A stretch of DNA of 64,000 nt from Candidatus Saccharimonadales bacterium (GCA_035700225.1 DASSOT010000003.1:111-64110); one strand, 5' to 3'. Shown: positions 16,011 to 26,127, counted from the stretch's first letter. A program made the numbers and translations. The notes: a model not told the origin generated them from the sequence alone.

Positions 16011-18545
16011 GTGAATCTGCCTAAAAATTATGAACCGGCGCAGTACGAAGAAGATATCTACGCGCTTTGGGAACAGTCCGGGAAATTCCAGCCGAAGCAA
16101 GGCGGGGAGAGCTTTTCCATAGTTATGCCGCCGCCCAACGCCAATGCGAACCTGCATATAGGCTATGAGCTTACCGCGGCGCTGGAAGACATAGTCATCC
16201 GCTACCAAAGGATGAAAGGGAAGTCCGCATTGCTTTTGCCCGGAGCCGACCATGCCGGTTTTGAGACCCAGTCGGTTTATGAGAAACACCTGGCCCGGGA
16301 AGGCAAGAGCCGTTTTGATTTCAGCAGGGAAGAGCTCTATGACCGGATATGGGAGTTCGTCCAGAGTAACCGCGATAAGTTCGAAAAACAGCTCAGAGCC
16401 ATGGGCGCCAGCTGTGACTGGAGCCGCTACACCTTCACCCTGGATGAAAAGATCGTTTCCCAAGCCTATGAAACCTTCAGAAAAATGTGGGACGAAGGGC
16501 TGATTTACAGGGGTGAAAGGCTGGTCAATTACTGCACTTACCACGGCACGGGCTTCGCCGATATCGAAGTAGCCTATAAGGATGTGCCCGGCAAACTTTG
16601 GTATATCCGCTATCCACTGACAGACGACAGCGGGGAAGTCGTAGTCGCAACTACCCGCCCGGAAACCATGCTTGGCGACGTGGCCGTAGCGGTCCATCCG
16701 GATGACAAGCGTTATAAGGACTTTGTCGGCAAAACTATCAGACTGCCGCTGACCCACAGGGAAATCCCGATACTTGCGGACAAGTTCGTAAAATCCGAGT
16801 TTGGCACCGGCGCGGTAAAGGTAACTCCGGCCCATGACCCGAACGACTTCGAGGTAGCGGGTAGGCACGACCTGCCTATGATGAGTGTCATCGGCTACGA
16901 CGGCAACATGAACCAGCACGTTCCGGAAAAATACCGTGGCCTGAGCGTCAAAGAAGCCAGGGAACAGGTAGTAGCGGATTTGGACGCACAGAGCTTTTTG
17001 GAAAAAGAAGAAGAACACCCGCACAGCGTAGGACATTGCTATAAGTGCGGAACGGTCATAGAACCTCTGCTGAAGGAACAATGGTTCGTCGACATGAAAC
17101 CTCTGGCCAAAGAGGCGATAAACGCGCTCGAGGCCGGCAAGATAGCCTTCTACCCGGACAACAAGAAAAAACAGCTTATAAATTACCTTGAGGGGCTCAG
17201 GGACTGGAATATCAGCAGACAGATTGCCTGGGGCATCCCGATACCGGCTTTTCAGAACATTGACGACCCGACGGACTGGATATTCGACGAGAGGGTAGGC
17301 GAGAAGACCATTACCATAGACGGCAAGACTTACCATCGCGACCCGGACACGTTCGACACCTGGTTTTCCAGCTCAAGCTGGCCTTACTCCACCCTGGGCG
17401 GCCCCGGTGAAGATGACTTTGAAAAGTTCTACCCGACCAGCCTGATGGAAACGGGCGGCGAGATACTCTACCCGTGGGTCAGCAGGATGATAATGCTCGG
17501 GCTTTACCGGACAGGCGACGTTCCTTTCCGCGAAGTATATATCCACGGTTACGTCATGGCCGAGGACGGCGCCAAGATGAGCAAGTCCCTGGGCAATGTC
17601 GTAGACCCCATGCCGGTCATTGAAAAATACGGCTCCGATGCGCTTAGGATGGGTATCATATCCGGCCGTTCGCCGGCGGTGAACAGGGGTTATGACCCCC
17701 GGCGCGTCGAGGAAGCGCGCAACTTCTGCAACAAGCTTTGGAACATAGCGCGCTACATAGAAAGTGTGCCGGCAGACCAAAAATCAGAAAAAGCCATAGC
17801 CGATGATTGGATACTGGGCAGGTTGTCCTCAGCAGTAAGTTCCATAGAATCATGCCTACAGGACTACCGCTTCAACGAAGCTTACGAACTGCTTTACCAC
17901 TTCGTCTGGGACGATTTAGCCGATTGGTATATCGAAGCTTCCAAACAGGCCCCGAACCCACAGATGCTTAACCGTATACTTTCTTCCGTACTTAAACTGA
18001 CGCACCCGTTCGCGCCCTTTCTGACCGAAGTTATCTGGCAGACGATGAATCCGGATGATGACACGATGGTCATAAGCGAGCAGTGGCCAACTGCCCCGGA
18101 TTTCAACGCGAAATCCGCCGGCGAATTTGAAAAGGTAAAGACGATAATCAGCGAAATCCGCCAGCTAAAAACCCTGCTCAATCTGCAGGGCGGGGAACTG
18201 CGGTTCGAAGACTCTGATACCGTTTTCAACAACGCCGAGATAATCCGGCGCCTGTGCAAGCTGGAGTCCGTTTCCTCGGTAAAGACAGGCAAGGGGATAC
18301 GGCTTACCCAGACAAAAGAGAAATGCTGGCTGGACATCGGCTCGCAATCCGCGGATGCTCTCAAAGACTCACTGCAAAACAGGGAAGAGCAACTGCAAAA
18401 ATCCATAGACCACTTAAGCGAGCGCTTGGACAACCCCGGCTATGTCAAGAACGCCCCGAAAAAGCTCATAGATGAAACTAAGGCTCAACTGGAAGAAACC
18501 ATCAGCGAACAGGTAAAGATAAAGCAGTTGATAACCCGCCTATAG
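16011..18545 (+). CDS. valS: Valyl-tRNA synthetase
   Basis: PPPNAN..LHIG, ATTRPETMLGD, DWNISRQ, KMSKS and C-terminal coiled coil. Confidence 0.97.
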   Translation: MNLPKNYEPAQYEEDIYALWEQSGKFQPKQGGESFSIVMPPPNANANLHIGYELTAALEDIVIRYQRMKGKSALLLPGADHAGFETQSVYEKHLAREGKSRFDFSREELYDRIWEFVQSNRDKFEKQLRAMGASCDWSRYTFTLDEKIVSQAYETFRKMWDEGLIYRGERLVNYCTYHGTGFADIEVAYKDVPGKLWYIRYPLTDDSGEVVVATTRPETMLGDVAVAVHPDDKRYKDFVGKTIRLPLTHREIPILADKFVKSEFGTGAVKVTPAHDPNDFEVAGRHDLPMMSVIGYDGNMNQHVPEKYRGLSVKEAREQVVADLDAQSFLEKEEEHPHSVGHCYKCGTVIEPLLKEQWFVDMKPLAKEAINALEAGKIAFYPDNKKKQLINYLEGLRDWNISRQIAWGIPIPAFQNIDDPTDWIFDERVGEKTITIDGKTYHRDPDTFDTWFSSSSWPYSTLGGPGEDDFEKFYPTSLMETGGEILYPWVSRMIMLGLYRTGDVPFREVYIHGYVMAEDGAKMSKSLGNVVDPMPVIEKYGSDALRMGIISGRSPAVNRGYDPRRVEEARNFCNKLWNIARYIESVPADQKSEKAIADDWILGRLSSAVSSIESCLQDYRFNEAYELLYHFVWDDLADWYIEASKQAPNPQMLNRILSSVLKLTHPFAPFLTEVIWQTMNPDDDTMVISEQWPTAPDFNAKSAGEFEKVKTIISEIRQLKTLLNLQGGELRFEDSDTVFNNAEIIRRLCKLESVSSVKTGKGIRLTQTKEKCWLDIGSQSADALKDSLQNREEQLQKSIDHLSERLDNPGYVKNAPKKLIDETKAQLEETISEQVKIKQLITRL

Positions 18546-18858
18546 GTTGTATGCCGCGGGTCCTGTCCTTGCTCCAAATGTATAGTTCTTGTTTGCTCCA
18601 GGCGGAGATTTTTGGGTCTGCTCGCCTCGACTCGCAAGAGCCCTTAAATCTCCTTGCAACCCCTGCGCAAAAAGAAATACATTTTTCGCAAGGCCACCCG
18701 CGGGATCAAAGCATAGGAGGTTTTTCGCTTCTTGAATCGGGAGAGTCGCAAACGTCATGGGCTGAACTGAAAGTTCAACCATAGAGAGCTCTTTCGAGGC
18801 AAGAAGCGAAAAAGCCCCGTCGCATGGGAGCCAGGACAGGACCCGCAAGTATAGCAAC
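18546..18858. repeat. ~310-nt highly structured intergenic element, copy B (ncRNA or MITE-like)
   Basis: 14-bp closing stem 18556-18569/18833-18846; 14-bp arm 18721-18734/18800-18813; left arm homologous to 4373-4520. Confidence 0.8.
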
Positions 18859-19707
18859 TTAGTATTCGAGGGCTTTTTTGACCCGTTCTACGGATTCGTC
18901 CGGGTGGTTATCGTCAAACCAAAGCACATGCCAGCCCTGTTTGGCCGCTTCCATCAGGTTCGGCCGTGAATCATCCACGAGCAGAAGCGCCTCTTTAGGC
19001 ACGCCGGCTTCTTTGGCGGCAACTTTGTAGATTTCCGGCTCCGGCTTGATAAAGCCCGTCTGGGAAGAGTCTATGATGATGTCGTAAGGTATGTCTGGAA
19101 GCAGGCTTTTGCTGAACATGGATTTTATCAGTCCGGGCATGTTGTTGCTGAGCAACCCTACACGGTAGTGTTGCTGAACCCATTTGATAAGCTCGATGGT
19201 TTCGTTTATCGGCTCGACCGCTTCCAGATAGAAAGCCTGCCAGTCCACGCCCGGAACAGAGAATTTCTCCGCCAGAAGCTCGTTGAAATCATGCACGGAT
19301 ATGTCACCCTTGCAGACCAGATCGTTGTACTGCCAGAAGGTCGTTTCTATCAATTCCATCGGCACGCCGGATTCTTCAGCGATAAGGCTGAACGTCCTGT
19401 GAAAGAAGCGGACCATACTGCCGTTGATGTCGAAATACACGAACTCAACACCGCTTTTCGAGCGTTTCTTGGCCTTTTGCGGGCCTGCGGCACCGGCCGG
19501 CGCCTGCTTGCCCAACAGGCTTTCCACGGACACGTTAAGCGCTTCTGCGATGGTCTGGATGGTAAATACCGAAGGAGCTTTGATGGCCCCGCGCTCTATC
19601 TTGGCCAGCGTAGAATAGCTCAGATTTGAAATCTGGCAGAGCTGTTGCTGGGTATAGCCGGCTGTCTTGCGCGCAGTCTGTATACGTTTAGCCAAACCCT
19701 TTTCCAT
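18859..19707 (-). CDS. XRE HTH domain fused to a HAD-IA hydrolase
   Basis: TQQQL..LSYSTLAKIERG HTH; YFDING, LLSN, KPEPEIY and VDD; start could lie further upstream (19746). Confidence 0.85.
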   Translation of the reverse strand: MEKGLAKRIQTARKTAGYTQQQLCQISNLSYSTLAKIERGAIKAPSVFTIQTIAEALNVSVESLLGKQAPAGAAGPQKAKKRSKSGVEFVYFDINGSMVRFFHRTFSLIAEESGVPMELIETTFWQYNDLVCKGDISVHDFNELLAEKFSVPGVDWQAFYLEAVEPINETIELIKWVQQHYRVGLLSNNMPGLIKSMFSKSLLPDIPYDIIIDSSQTGFIKPEPEIYKVAAKEAGVPKEALLLVDDSRPNLMEAAKQGWHVLWFDDNHPDESVERVKKALEY

Positions 19708-19798
19708 ATCGGCTGTTGCCGCCAAAGTGCTCACCCCCCTTAGCAAAATGTTATATACCCATATATTACCAGTAAGCCCCAGCTACTGCCAAGCGGTG

Positions 19799-19999
19799 TC
19801 AGCCTTCAATGGCGGAATTTATGAAGCTTATGACCGTCAGAAACAGGATAAAGATTATTACCGCCGTTGCCCCGGCTATCGTAAGGGACTGTTTCGTGTT
19901 ATTGCCGGTGTAGCGCATGGCCTTGTTATAGACCCAGGCCGATACGCCGGCGGCACCGAATAATGCTACTAGAAACGGTGACATAAGAGAATTATACAT
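19799..19999 (-). CDS. Small two-TM membrane protein
   Basis: Two hydrophobic helices around a TGNN loop; start uncertain. Confidence 0.65.
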   Translation of the reverse strand: MYNSLMSPFLVALFGAAGVSAWVYNKAMRYTGNNTKQSLTIAGATAVIIFILFLTVISFINSAIEG

Positions 20000-20050
20000 T
20001 TTAGTCAAACCCGCAGACAAACCGGGCGGGCAAGTTATAATGCTTGTGAA

Positions 20051-21067
20051 GTGGACGCAAAAAAAATATTCAGAGGAATCGCGCTGTACCTGCTGGGAAC
20101 TTTCCTTTTCTTTGTGCTTTTTGGTTTCGCGTACTTCCTGGCCTTCACCCAGATGGCCGGTAATCCGGACAGGGTCAAACAGGCGCTTTATAACAGCGGG
20201 CTTTATGAAAAGGCCGGCCCGGTACTATACGATAATTTCCAGGAATCCGAGGGTAGCAAGGGGCCGGAACAAGACATACCGCTCAAAGACCCCATAGTCC
20301 GCCAGGCGGTGCTTTCCGCTTTCAGCCCGTCCTTCATCCAAAAAAGCGTAGAAAACGTCATAGACGGCACATACGGCTGGCTCAACGGTGACACCGCGCA
20401 ACCGGAATTCTCGATAAACCTCGCCGAAGCGCAGAAGAACTTTTCCCAGACTTTGGGCGACGAGATTACCGAGCGGCTGAAAAAACTACCGCGCTGTAGC
20501 GCCGAACAGGTGCAGAAAGCTAAAAAGACCGACCCGTTCTCCATAAGATGCCTGCCTCCGGGAGTTTCTATAAAATCATTGCGAAAACAGGTGGTCAAAG
20601 AGGCAGAGGGCGGCGACGTACTGGAAAAGAAAAAGATAACCGCCTCGGACCTGAAATCAAAGGACGGCGGAGGAACCTTCTCTGACTCCTCAGCCCCAAG
20701 CGCCTACCGAACAGCGCTGAAAGTGCCGTATATCCTGCTGGTTTTGGGCGTCCTTCTCGGGACGGGGCTTGTTTACGCCAGCAGTAGCAGAAAAAACGGG
20801 CTGAAAAGGCTTGGTAAGATATTGGCGATAGCGGCTGTCTTCGCATTATTCGTACCGATAGCATTCAATATACTGTTTAGCATTTTGCTAAAAGCCGATA
20901 CGGGAGATAATATTATCACTGACCTGGCCGTACCTGTCATCCGGGAGTTCAACAAAGCAGGAAGCAAGTTTTACTACATAACCGGGGCAGGGTACGCGCT
21001 ACTGGCGGTCGGAGCGTTCTATCTGGCTAAAAGACTGCCCGCAGAGGGAGATAAGAGGAAGAAATAA
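20051..21067 (+). CDS. Membrane protein with an extracytoplasmic domain containing a Cys pair
   Basis: N-terminal TM, LPRC..CLPP and three C-terminal TMs. Confidence 0.75.
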   Translation: MDAKKIFRGIALYLLGTFLFFVLFGFAYFLAFTQMAGNPDRVKQALYNSGLYEKAGPVLYDNFQESEGSKGPEQDIPLKDPIVRQAVLSAFSPSFIQKSVENVIDGTYGWLNGDTAQPEFSINLAEAQKNFSQTLGDEITERLKKLPRCSAEQVQKAKKTDPFSIRCLPPGVSIKSLRKQVVKEAEGGDVLEKKKITASDLKSKDGGGTFSDSSAPSAYRTALKVPYILLVLGVLLGTGLVYASSSRKNGLKRLGKILAIAAVFALFVPIAFNILFSILLKADTGDNIITDLAVPVIREFNKAGSKFYYITGAGYALLAVGAFYLAKRLPAEGDKRKK

Positions 21068-21071
21068 ACTG

Positions 21072-22139
21072 ATGGAATACACACTGCAGAATGGACCTGA
21101 CGGCAAAGCTACGAGAGTAGTGATAGGCGGCTCCGCCTTTAATGAGCTGAAGAAACTGGCGGAAGGACATACCAAGATCGCGTTGATAACCGACAAACAA
21201 ACCGATAAGCACTGCTTCAAAAAGCTACATCCCTATCTGCCCACAGCGGAAAAGATAATCCTGCCGGACGGCGAAGCGATTAAGAGCCTGGCCCGCGTAG
21301 AAGATACACTCAAGCACCTACGGGAATCAGGATTTGACCGCAAGAGTCTGATAATAGGCTTGGGCGGAGGAGTGGTGAACGACCTGGCCGGGTTCTGCGC
21401 CAGCACTTACATGCGGGGTATTGATTGGGTGATGATTCCCAGTACGCTGACAGCGCAGGCTGACGCTTCCATCGGCGGAAAAACAGGTGTGAACCTGGGC
21501 GGTTACAAGAATATGGTCGGCAGTTTCTGGCCGTCCAGAGCCGTGCTGATAAATCCTGTCCTGCTTGAAACTTTACCCAAGGAGCATCTGATGAACGGAC
21601 TGGCTGAAATCATCAAGATGGGCTTCATCTACGACCCACAGATTCTCGAGCACGTAAGTCGGCTCGACCCTGCTAAACTTTTGGGCGACGATCTGGACAC
21701 GGCCTCGCGCCTGGCCGCCAGAGGGAAGATTGAGATAGTTAACACCGACCCTTATGAGGCCGGGGGGAGAAAACTGCTTAATTTCGGCCATACGGTGGGG
21801 CATGCGCTGGAGGCGATTTCAATGGACGGTGACAAGCCCCTGCTACACGGCGAAGCTATATCCATAGGCATGGCCGCCGAAACCAAACTGGCGGAGCTGG
21901 AAAGCGTCTGCGCGCCTGGTCTGAGCGCCAAGGTCAAACAAACGCTGAAGCGTTTCGGCCTGCCGGTCGCATACCCTCACGCATCGCTTGAAGACATACT
22001 CGGCAAGATAACTTCGGACAAGAAGAATGTCGGCGGCGCCATCCGCTGGACCTTGCCGGAAAACGAAGGCCGGGGCGTTTACGACCACGAGGCGGACGAA
22101 GAAAACATAAAGACGGCCATAGGCTCGATATTGTCTTGA
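21072..22139 (+). CDS. aroB: 3-dehydroquinate synthase family protein
   Basis: GGGVVNDLAGF, DASIGGKTGVN, KNMVG, LNFGHTVGHALE, HGEAI and DKK. Confidence 0.88.
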   Translation: MEYTLQNGPDGKATRVVIGGSAFNELKKLAEGHTKIALITDKQTDKHCFKKLHPYLPTAEKIILPDGEAIKSLARVEDTLKHLRESGFDRKSLIIGLGGGVVNDLAGFCASTYMRGIDWVMIPSTLTAQADASIGGKTGVNLGGYKNMVGSFWPSRAVLINPVLLETLPKEHLMNGLAEIIKMGFIYDPQILEHVSRLDPAKLLGDDLDTASRLAARGKIEIVNTDPYEAGGRKLLNFGHTVGHALEAISMDGDKPLLHGEAISIGMAAETKLAELESVCAPGLSAKVKQTLKRFGLPVAYPHASLEDILGKITSDKKNVGGAIRWTLPENEGRGVYDHEADEENIKTAIGSILS

Positions 22140-22148
22140 TGCCGGCTT

Positions 22149-23117
22149 TTATTTAAGCTCAAGCGATGCGGCTACCGGGAAAAGATAAGATTCTGCCTGG
22201 CTATCCAGAGATTTTTTGCTCGACGGGCTGATTGCCAGGGTAATCGCGTGGTCGCCATCCCAGAAATAAAGCGTCCTAGAGAAGATGTCCGGAGCCTCCA
22301 CGTCGACCTGCCTCCATGTCCTGCCGTTGATGTTTACCTTCAGATCATTTACTTTGACATCGCTCTTATTTGCGCCGAACAGGGCTATTATGCCGGCCAC
22401 GAAATCCTTGTCCGTAACCTTTTTGTAAAATTCCGTTTCTGATTTTGAGCCTTTCAGGCTTTCGGTTCCTACGGATACGTATGTGCGGTAGGGCAGTACC
22501 TGGCCGGAGTTCGGCGGACTTTCTAGGCCTATGTTCATGTTCTTTGATACCAGCCCTTCGAAATCCGAACTAAGCGGCAGGGATTTATCCTTCGTCCAGT
22601 CCGGCGGAGCCTTGACGGTAAAACCGAATTCAGTGTCAATTGTCTTCCAGTCGCCGGGTACTTCTATCGTCTTCTGCGCGATATCTTCTCCCGTAGCCTG
22701 CTCCGGCTGGTTCGGCACGGGCGTATTCTGCGCGGTCTTATCCTGCTTTTCGCCTTTGTTAAAGATAAAGAAATAGGCTCCGGCGCCTGCACCGACCAGA
22801 ACCAGTATTAATAAAATTGCCAGCAGGGGAGTTCTGCGGCGTTTGGGAGGCGGCATGTTAGGGTCGTATTTATCGTAAACATTCTGCTGGGAAAAAGCTT
22901 TGAGAGCTTTGTCGTGTTCGGAAGTGTTAAGAGGCTCGGGGTTTATAGATTGCGGCTGGTGGCCGGAAGGGCGCGGCGGAATCGGCTGAACAGGGGCAGG
23001 AGCCGCAGGCGGCAGGGTATTATCATCCGTATTAACCGGAGAAAATTGCGTGTTATTTTCCTCCGGGGCGCCGGCAGGATTTCCTCTTTGGCTTCGGTTC
23101 TTCCAGTCCTCATCCAT
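22149..23117 (-). CDS. Single-pass membrane protein with Pro-rich N-terminus and PsbP-like extracytoplasmic domain
   Basis: One TM after a KRRR stretch; FTVKAPPDW motif. Confidence 0.7.
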   Translation of the reverse strand: MDEDWKNRSQRGNPAGAPEENNTQFSPVNTDDNTLPPAAPAPVQPIPPRPSGHQPQSINPEPLNTSEHDKALKAFSQQNVYDKYDPNMPPPKRRRTPLLAILLILVLVGAGAGAYFFIFNKGEKQDKTAQNTPVPNQPEQATGEDIAQKTIEVPGDWKTIDTEFGFTVKAPPDWTKDKSLPLSSDFEGLVSKNMNIGLESPPNSGQVLPYRTYVSVGTESLKGSKSETEFYKKVTDKDFVAGIIALFGANKSDVKVNDLKVNINGRTWRQVDVEAPDIFSRTLYFWDGDHAITLAISPSSKKSLDSQAESYLFPVAASLELK

Positions 23118-23207
23118 AGATATGTCGAGTTTAGCATAAGCGGACTTGTCGTTCGAATCCTTATTTCACAATCCTTCATAGCTCCGCAGGAGCGGAGCGG
23201 CGAAGGA

Positions 23208-23297
23208 TGGCGGAGAGAGAGGGATTCGAACCCTCGAAGACGTTGCCGCCTTACCGCTTTTCGAGAGCGGCCAGTTCAACCACTCCTGCATCTCTCC
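23208..23297 (-). tRNA. tRNA-Ser(CGA)
   Basis: GGAGAGA acceptor, CCGCT-CTCGAAA-AGCGG anticodon arm, long variable arm, GGTTCGAATCC and GCCA end. Confidence 0.95.
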
Positions 23298-23358
23298 TTG
23301 CCACCATTATACTTGACTATAAGGTATTGATTATTTTATAAAAATGTGTTAAAATATC

Positions 23359-23778
23359 ATGATGTTTGAAAAACTCAGGCCAGATCCTGAAGGCGGGCCT
23401 ATATCTTCAACCGCCTTTAATCTGCTAAGCTCGTTAGGTTTTTATCATGAGGAAATCAGCGAACTGCAGGAACCTCCTACGCCGGAGCCACTTACGGCAA
23501 TAATCGGAGGCGTCCGCTGGGACTTTGAAGACAAGGACACTTATCTGGCAGTTTGCGAAGAGAATCCGGAACTTTCATGCATAGTACGCCTTGTACTGGA
23601 CGAAAGCGGAGACATAGAGAACGGGCACTGCTTCTACGATCAGCCGGACCTTATGGAAAAGATGGAAAAACTCGGGTTCGCAGTAGTGCCTGAAACTCTT
23701 GAAGAAGCCGAAATGAACCATCAATATTTCGCTCCGGCCGACGAATTTCGCGCCGGACAGGAAATCAACCTGAATTAG
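23359..23778 (+). CDS. Acidic hypothetical protein between two tRNA-Ser genes
   Basis: 139-aa ORF; TTGATT-17nt-TAAAAT immediately before the ATG. Confidence 0.65.
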   Translation: MMFEKLRPDPEGGPISSTAFNLLSSLGFYHEEISELQEPPTPEPLTAIIGGVRWDFEDKDTYLAVCEENPELSCIVRLVLDESGDIENGHCFYDQPDLMEKMEKLGFAVVPETLEEAEMNHQYFAPADEFRAGQEINLN

Positions 23779-23799
23779 CCTGTTATAATCGTTATCCGA

Positions 23800-23889
23800 G
23801 GAGAGGTGTCCGAGCGGTTTAAGGAACTGGTCTTGAAAACCAGCAGGCCGGAAACGGTCTCGTGGGTTCGAATCCCACCCTCTCCGCCA
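23800..23889 (+). tRNA. tRNA-Ser(TGA)
   Basis: CTGGT-CTTGAAA-ACCAG anticodon arm, variable arm, T-loop and CCA; TGTTATAAT promoter upstream. Confidence 0.96.
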
Positions 23890-23999
23890 TACAAAAATTC
23901 CTGCTGTTTTAGGCAGGTGTTTTTGTATCGTAGGATGATAGATTCGAACGGGAAGTCCAGTGGACTTCCCCGGCACTTTTGGAGATTCATCGAGAAAAG

Positions 24000-24020
24000 C
24001 GAATCCCACCCTCTCCGCCA
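24000..24020 (+). repeat. 21-bp exact duplicate of the tRNA-Ser(TGA) 3' end (att-like)
   Basis: CGAATCCCACCCTCTCCGCCA at 23869-23889 and 24000-24020. Confidence 0.9.
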
Positions 24021-24049
24021 GAAACATGGCCGGTCTTTGAGGCCGGTTT

Positions 24050-26104
24050 TTAATTTGTCGGGGTTACGAGGTTTTGGCTGGCAGAATGGCCGGCTTTGTA
24101 AGCCAGGTGAGCTTTGCGGTGGCGGATTATCAACCTGCCGGAAACCAAAGCCACGATGGCGCCTCCTATGCCGCCAGTGATTATGGCGGCCAGAGCATAT
24201 GGCGGATCTTTCCTATCCTTGCCCTCGCGGATTGCCTGTCGGGACTGTTCGATATAGCTGTTGACCAGTCTGTGCGCCGGATAAAGCTTCTCGACACGCG
24301 CGAACTGCATCAGCGCCTTTGAGTATCTGTCATCGTTAAAAAGATTCAGACCGTCCTCCCAGTATTTCTGTGTCGGGCTGTTCGTATCAAGGGTGATTTC
24401 TTTTGAATCCAGCAAGTCGGCGAAGTCTGCTATGTCGCGGATATAGCTTTTGGCCGAATCAGCCTCGTTGTTGCTCTTGAAACGATAAGTGACCAGCCCG
24501 AAAGCTCTGCCCCGGCTGTCTATGGCCGGGCCGCCGCTACTGCCCTCTGAAGCATCCGCATCAGTCTGAAAAAGCAGGGAAGAACTACCGTTGGCCCTGC
24601 GTATGGAGCTGACCGTACCATTCGTGACCGACGGCGATATTACGCTGTTTTCAGTAAGCTGATTGTCGGCATCGGCAGGGAAACCTATCAGGCTTATCAG
24701 CGCATTCTGGGTGATACTTCCGCTGTCGGACAGCTTGATATAGGGGGCGTTCTTTATGTCCGCTTTAAGCAGTGCGACGTCGCTGGCCGAGAAGCCCGAC
24801 TTCGTATTCTGTTCGATTACCAGCAGGTCCTTTGGGTTGTAATTGACCGCTATTTTCTCGGCCTTTTTGATAGATTCGCTGTCTTGTCTGTTTATGAGCG
24901 CTTTGGCGTCTGACTGGCCGTTTATGACCAGCGGCGTAGCGCCTAGCGAAACGAAAGTGGCTTCTCTGCGATTATCGAGCCTCAGTTGCTGGTCGGGCAA
25001 ATCATATATCTTCGCCAGCAAAGACGCTACGACATCGCTCTTGGCGCTGTCTTCGGCAGAAAGTCCCGCAGTGGCCGTGAATTGGCTCAAAAGCGCCGGA
25101 TTGTTCATAAGCTGGCTTACCAATATGTCAGCCGCGTCCAGAACCACGACATGGCCGCTGGTAGCTATATAGCCGTCGCTTGAAACCAAAAAGCCGGAAC
25201 CGGCGCCTCCGTCACAGGCGTCCTGGCCGTATTTTTCGCCGTTTATGACCAGAGTGCCGCAGACAAGGTGATAAATCTTTACCACGGCAGGAGAAACCTT
25301 GTTAACATCAAAAGCCTGCTTTCCGGTAGAGTCGGAAAGCACGTCTTTGGAAGAATTGCCAAAGCTCAATGATTCCAGTATCCGCCCGTAAATCGAAGGG
25401 ATGTTGCTATCAATGAGATTCTGCAGATATATCCTTACGGGGCGGCCCTCGGAAATGCCGGCCCAGACTATGGCGTAAACCGGCTCGGCATCAGCGCTGA
25501 ACGTCGGCGTTCGCTTATATATTATTTTTTGGAATTTCACCGAGCCTATCTTTTGATAGCTACGGCCTGTTTCTTCGTTCGTAAAATTACCATCGTTTTC
25601 CGGAGCGTAATAGCTTGCCAGAGCTTCGTAGGTGTCCTTGTATCCGTATCTGCGCATATAGCCGTCAAAAGCACTGCCGTCTTTCTCTGTGCTTACCTCA
25701 AGCTCGCTGAGAGCGTCAGGCCCTTTTACTGATGAGTTTTTCGGCTTGGCGCTTGCTTTTACAAGGGCCTTCGCCTGTTTAAGCGAACGGCCCGGGACTT
25801 TTTGGCCCGATTGCGTTTCTCCGGTAACGGAAAATACTGACGGGTCGTAGCGGAAGAAAAATCCGAGCTTGGAATTTACCGCTCCGCCGGAAGGCCGGAT
25901 TATATTGGAGCTCGCCGAGTCGACGGGTACGGTCGTGATATCGGCTTTGCCGAGCATATATCCGGCGAAAAAGACGGACAGGAACATGGCCGAAAGACCG
26001 GCTAAAAACAGACCGATGTGGCGTATCCGATACGGTTTGTGGTGTTTTTTCGGGTGTATAGGCAAAGGAGTTTGCCCGCCGCGGTTTCTGCCTTTTACAT
26101 ACAT
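24050..26104 (-). CDS. Membrane-anchored trypsin-like (S1C) serine protease
   Basis: GSGFLVSSDGYIATSGHVV, DVALLK and EGSSGGP triad motifs; TMs at both ends; start uncertain. Confidence 0.88.
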   Translation of the reverse strand: MYVKGRNRGGQTPLPIHPKKHHKPYRIRHIGLFLAGLSAMFLSVFFAGYMLGKADITTVPVDSASSNIIRPSGGAVNSKLGFFFRYDPSVFSVTGETQSGQKVPGRSLKQAKALVKASAKPKNSSVKGPDALSELEVSTEKDGSAFDGYMRRYGYKDTYEALASYYAPENDGNFTNEETGRSYQKIGSVKFQKIIYKRTPTFSADAEPVYAIVWAGISEGRPVRIYLQNLIDSNIPSIYGRILESLSFGNSSKDVLSDSTGKQAFDVNKVSPAVVKIYHLVCGTLVINGEKYGQDACDGGAGSGFLVSSDGYIATSGHVVVLDAADILVSQLMNNPALLSQFTATAGLSAEDSAKSDVVASLLAKIYDLPDQQLRLDNRREATFVSLGATPLVINGQSDAKALINRQDSESIKKAEKIAVNYNPKDLLVIEQNTKSGFSASDVALLKADIKNAPYIKLSDSGSITQNALISLIGFPADADNQLTENSVISPSVTNGTVSSIRRANGSSSLLFQTDADASEGSSGGPAIDSRGRAFGLVTYRFKSNNEADSAKSYIRDIADFADLLDSKEITLDTNSPTQKYWEDGLNLFNDDRYSKALMQFARVEKLYPAHRLVNSYIEQSRQAIREGKDRKDPPYALAAIITGGIGGAIVALVSGRLIIRHRKAHLAYKAGHSASQNLVTPTN

Positions 26105-26127
26105 GCTTATGCCTACTATAACAGATG

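Noticed and set aside
15897-17336. 479-aa ORF antisense to valS and similar shadow ORFs (groEL, virB4, dnaA)
   Set aside because: Antisense shadows of well-supported genes, with no motifs of their own
18546-18858. tmRNA, RNase P RNA or SRP RNA identity for the structured element
   Set aside because: No tRNA-like TTCGA..CCA end, no GAGGAAAGTCC and no SRP GGAA/AGCAG motif on either strand
23298-23799. Genomic island between the two tRNA-Ser genes
   Set aside because: The ORF lies between their 5' ends (divergent tRNAs), not between att duplicates, and there is no integrase
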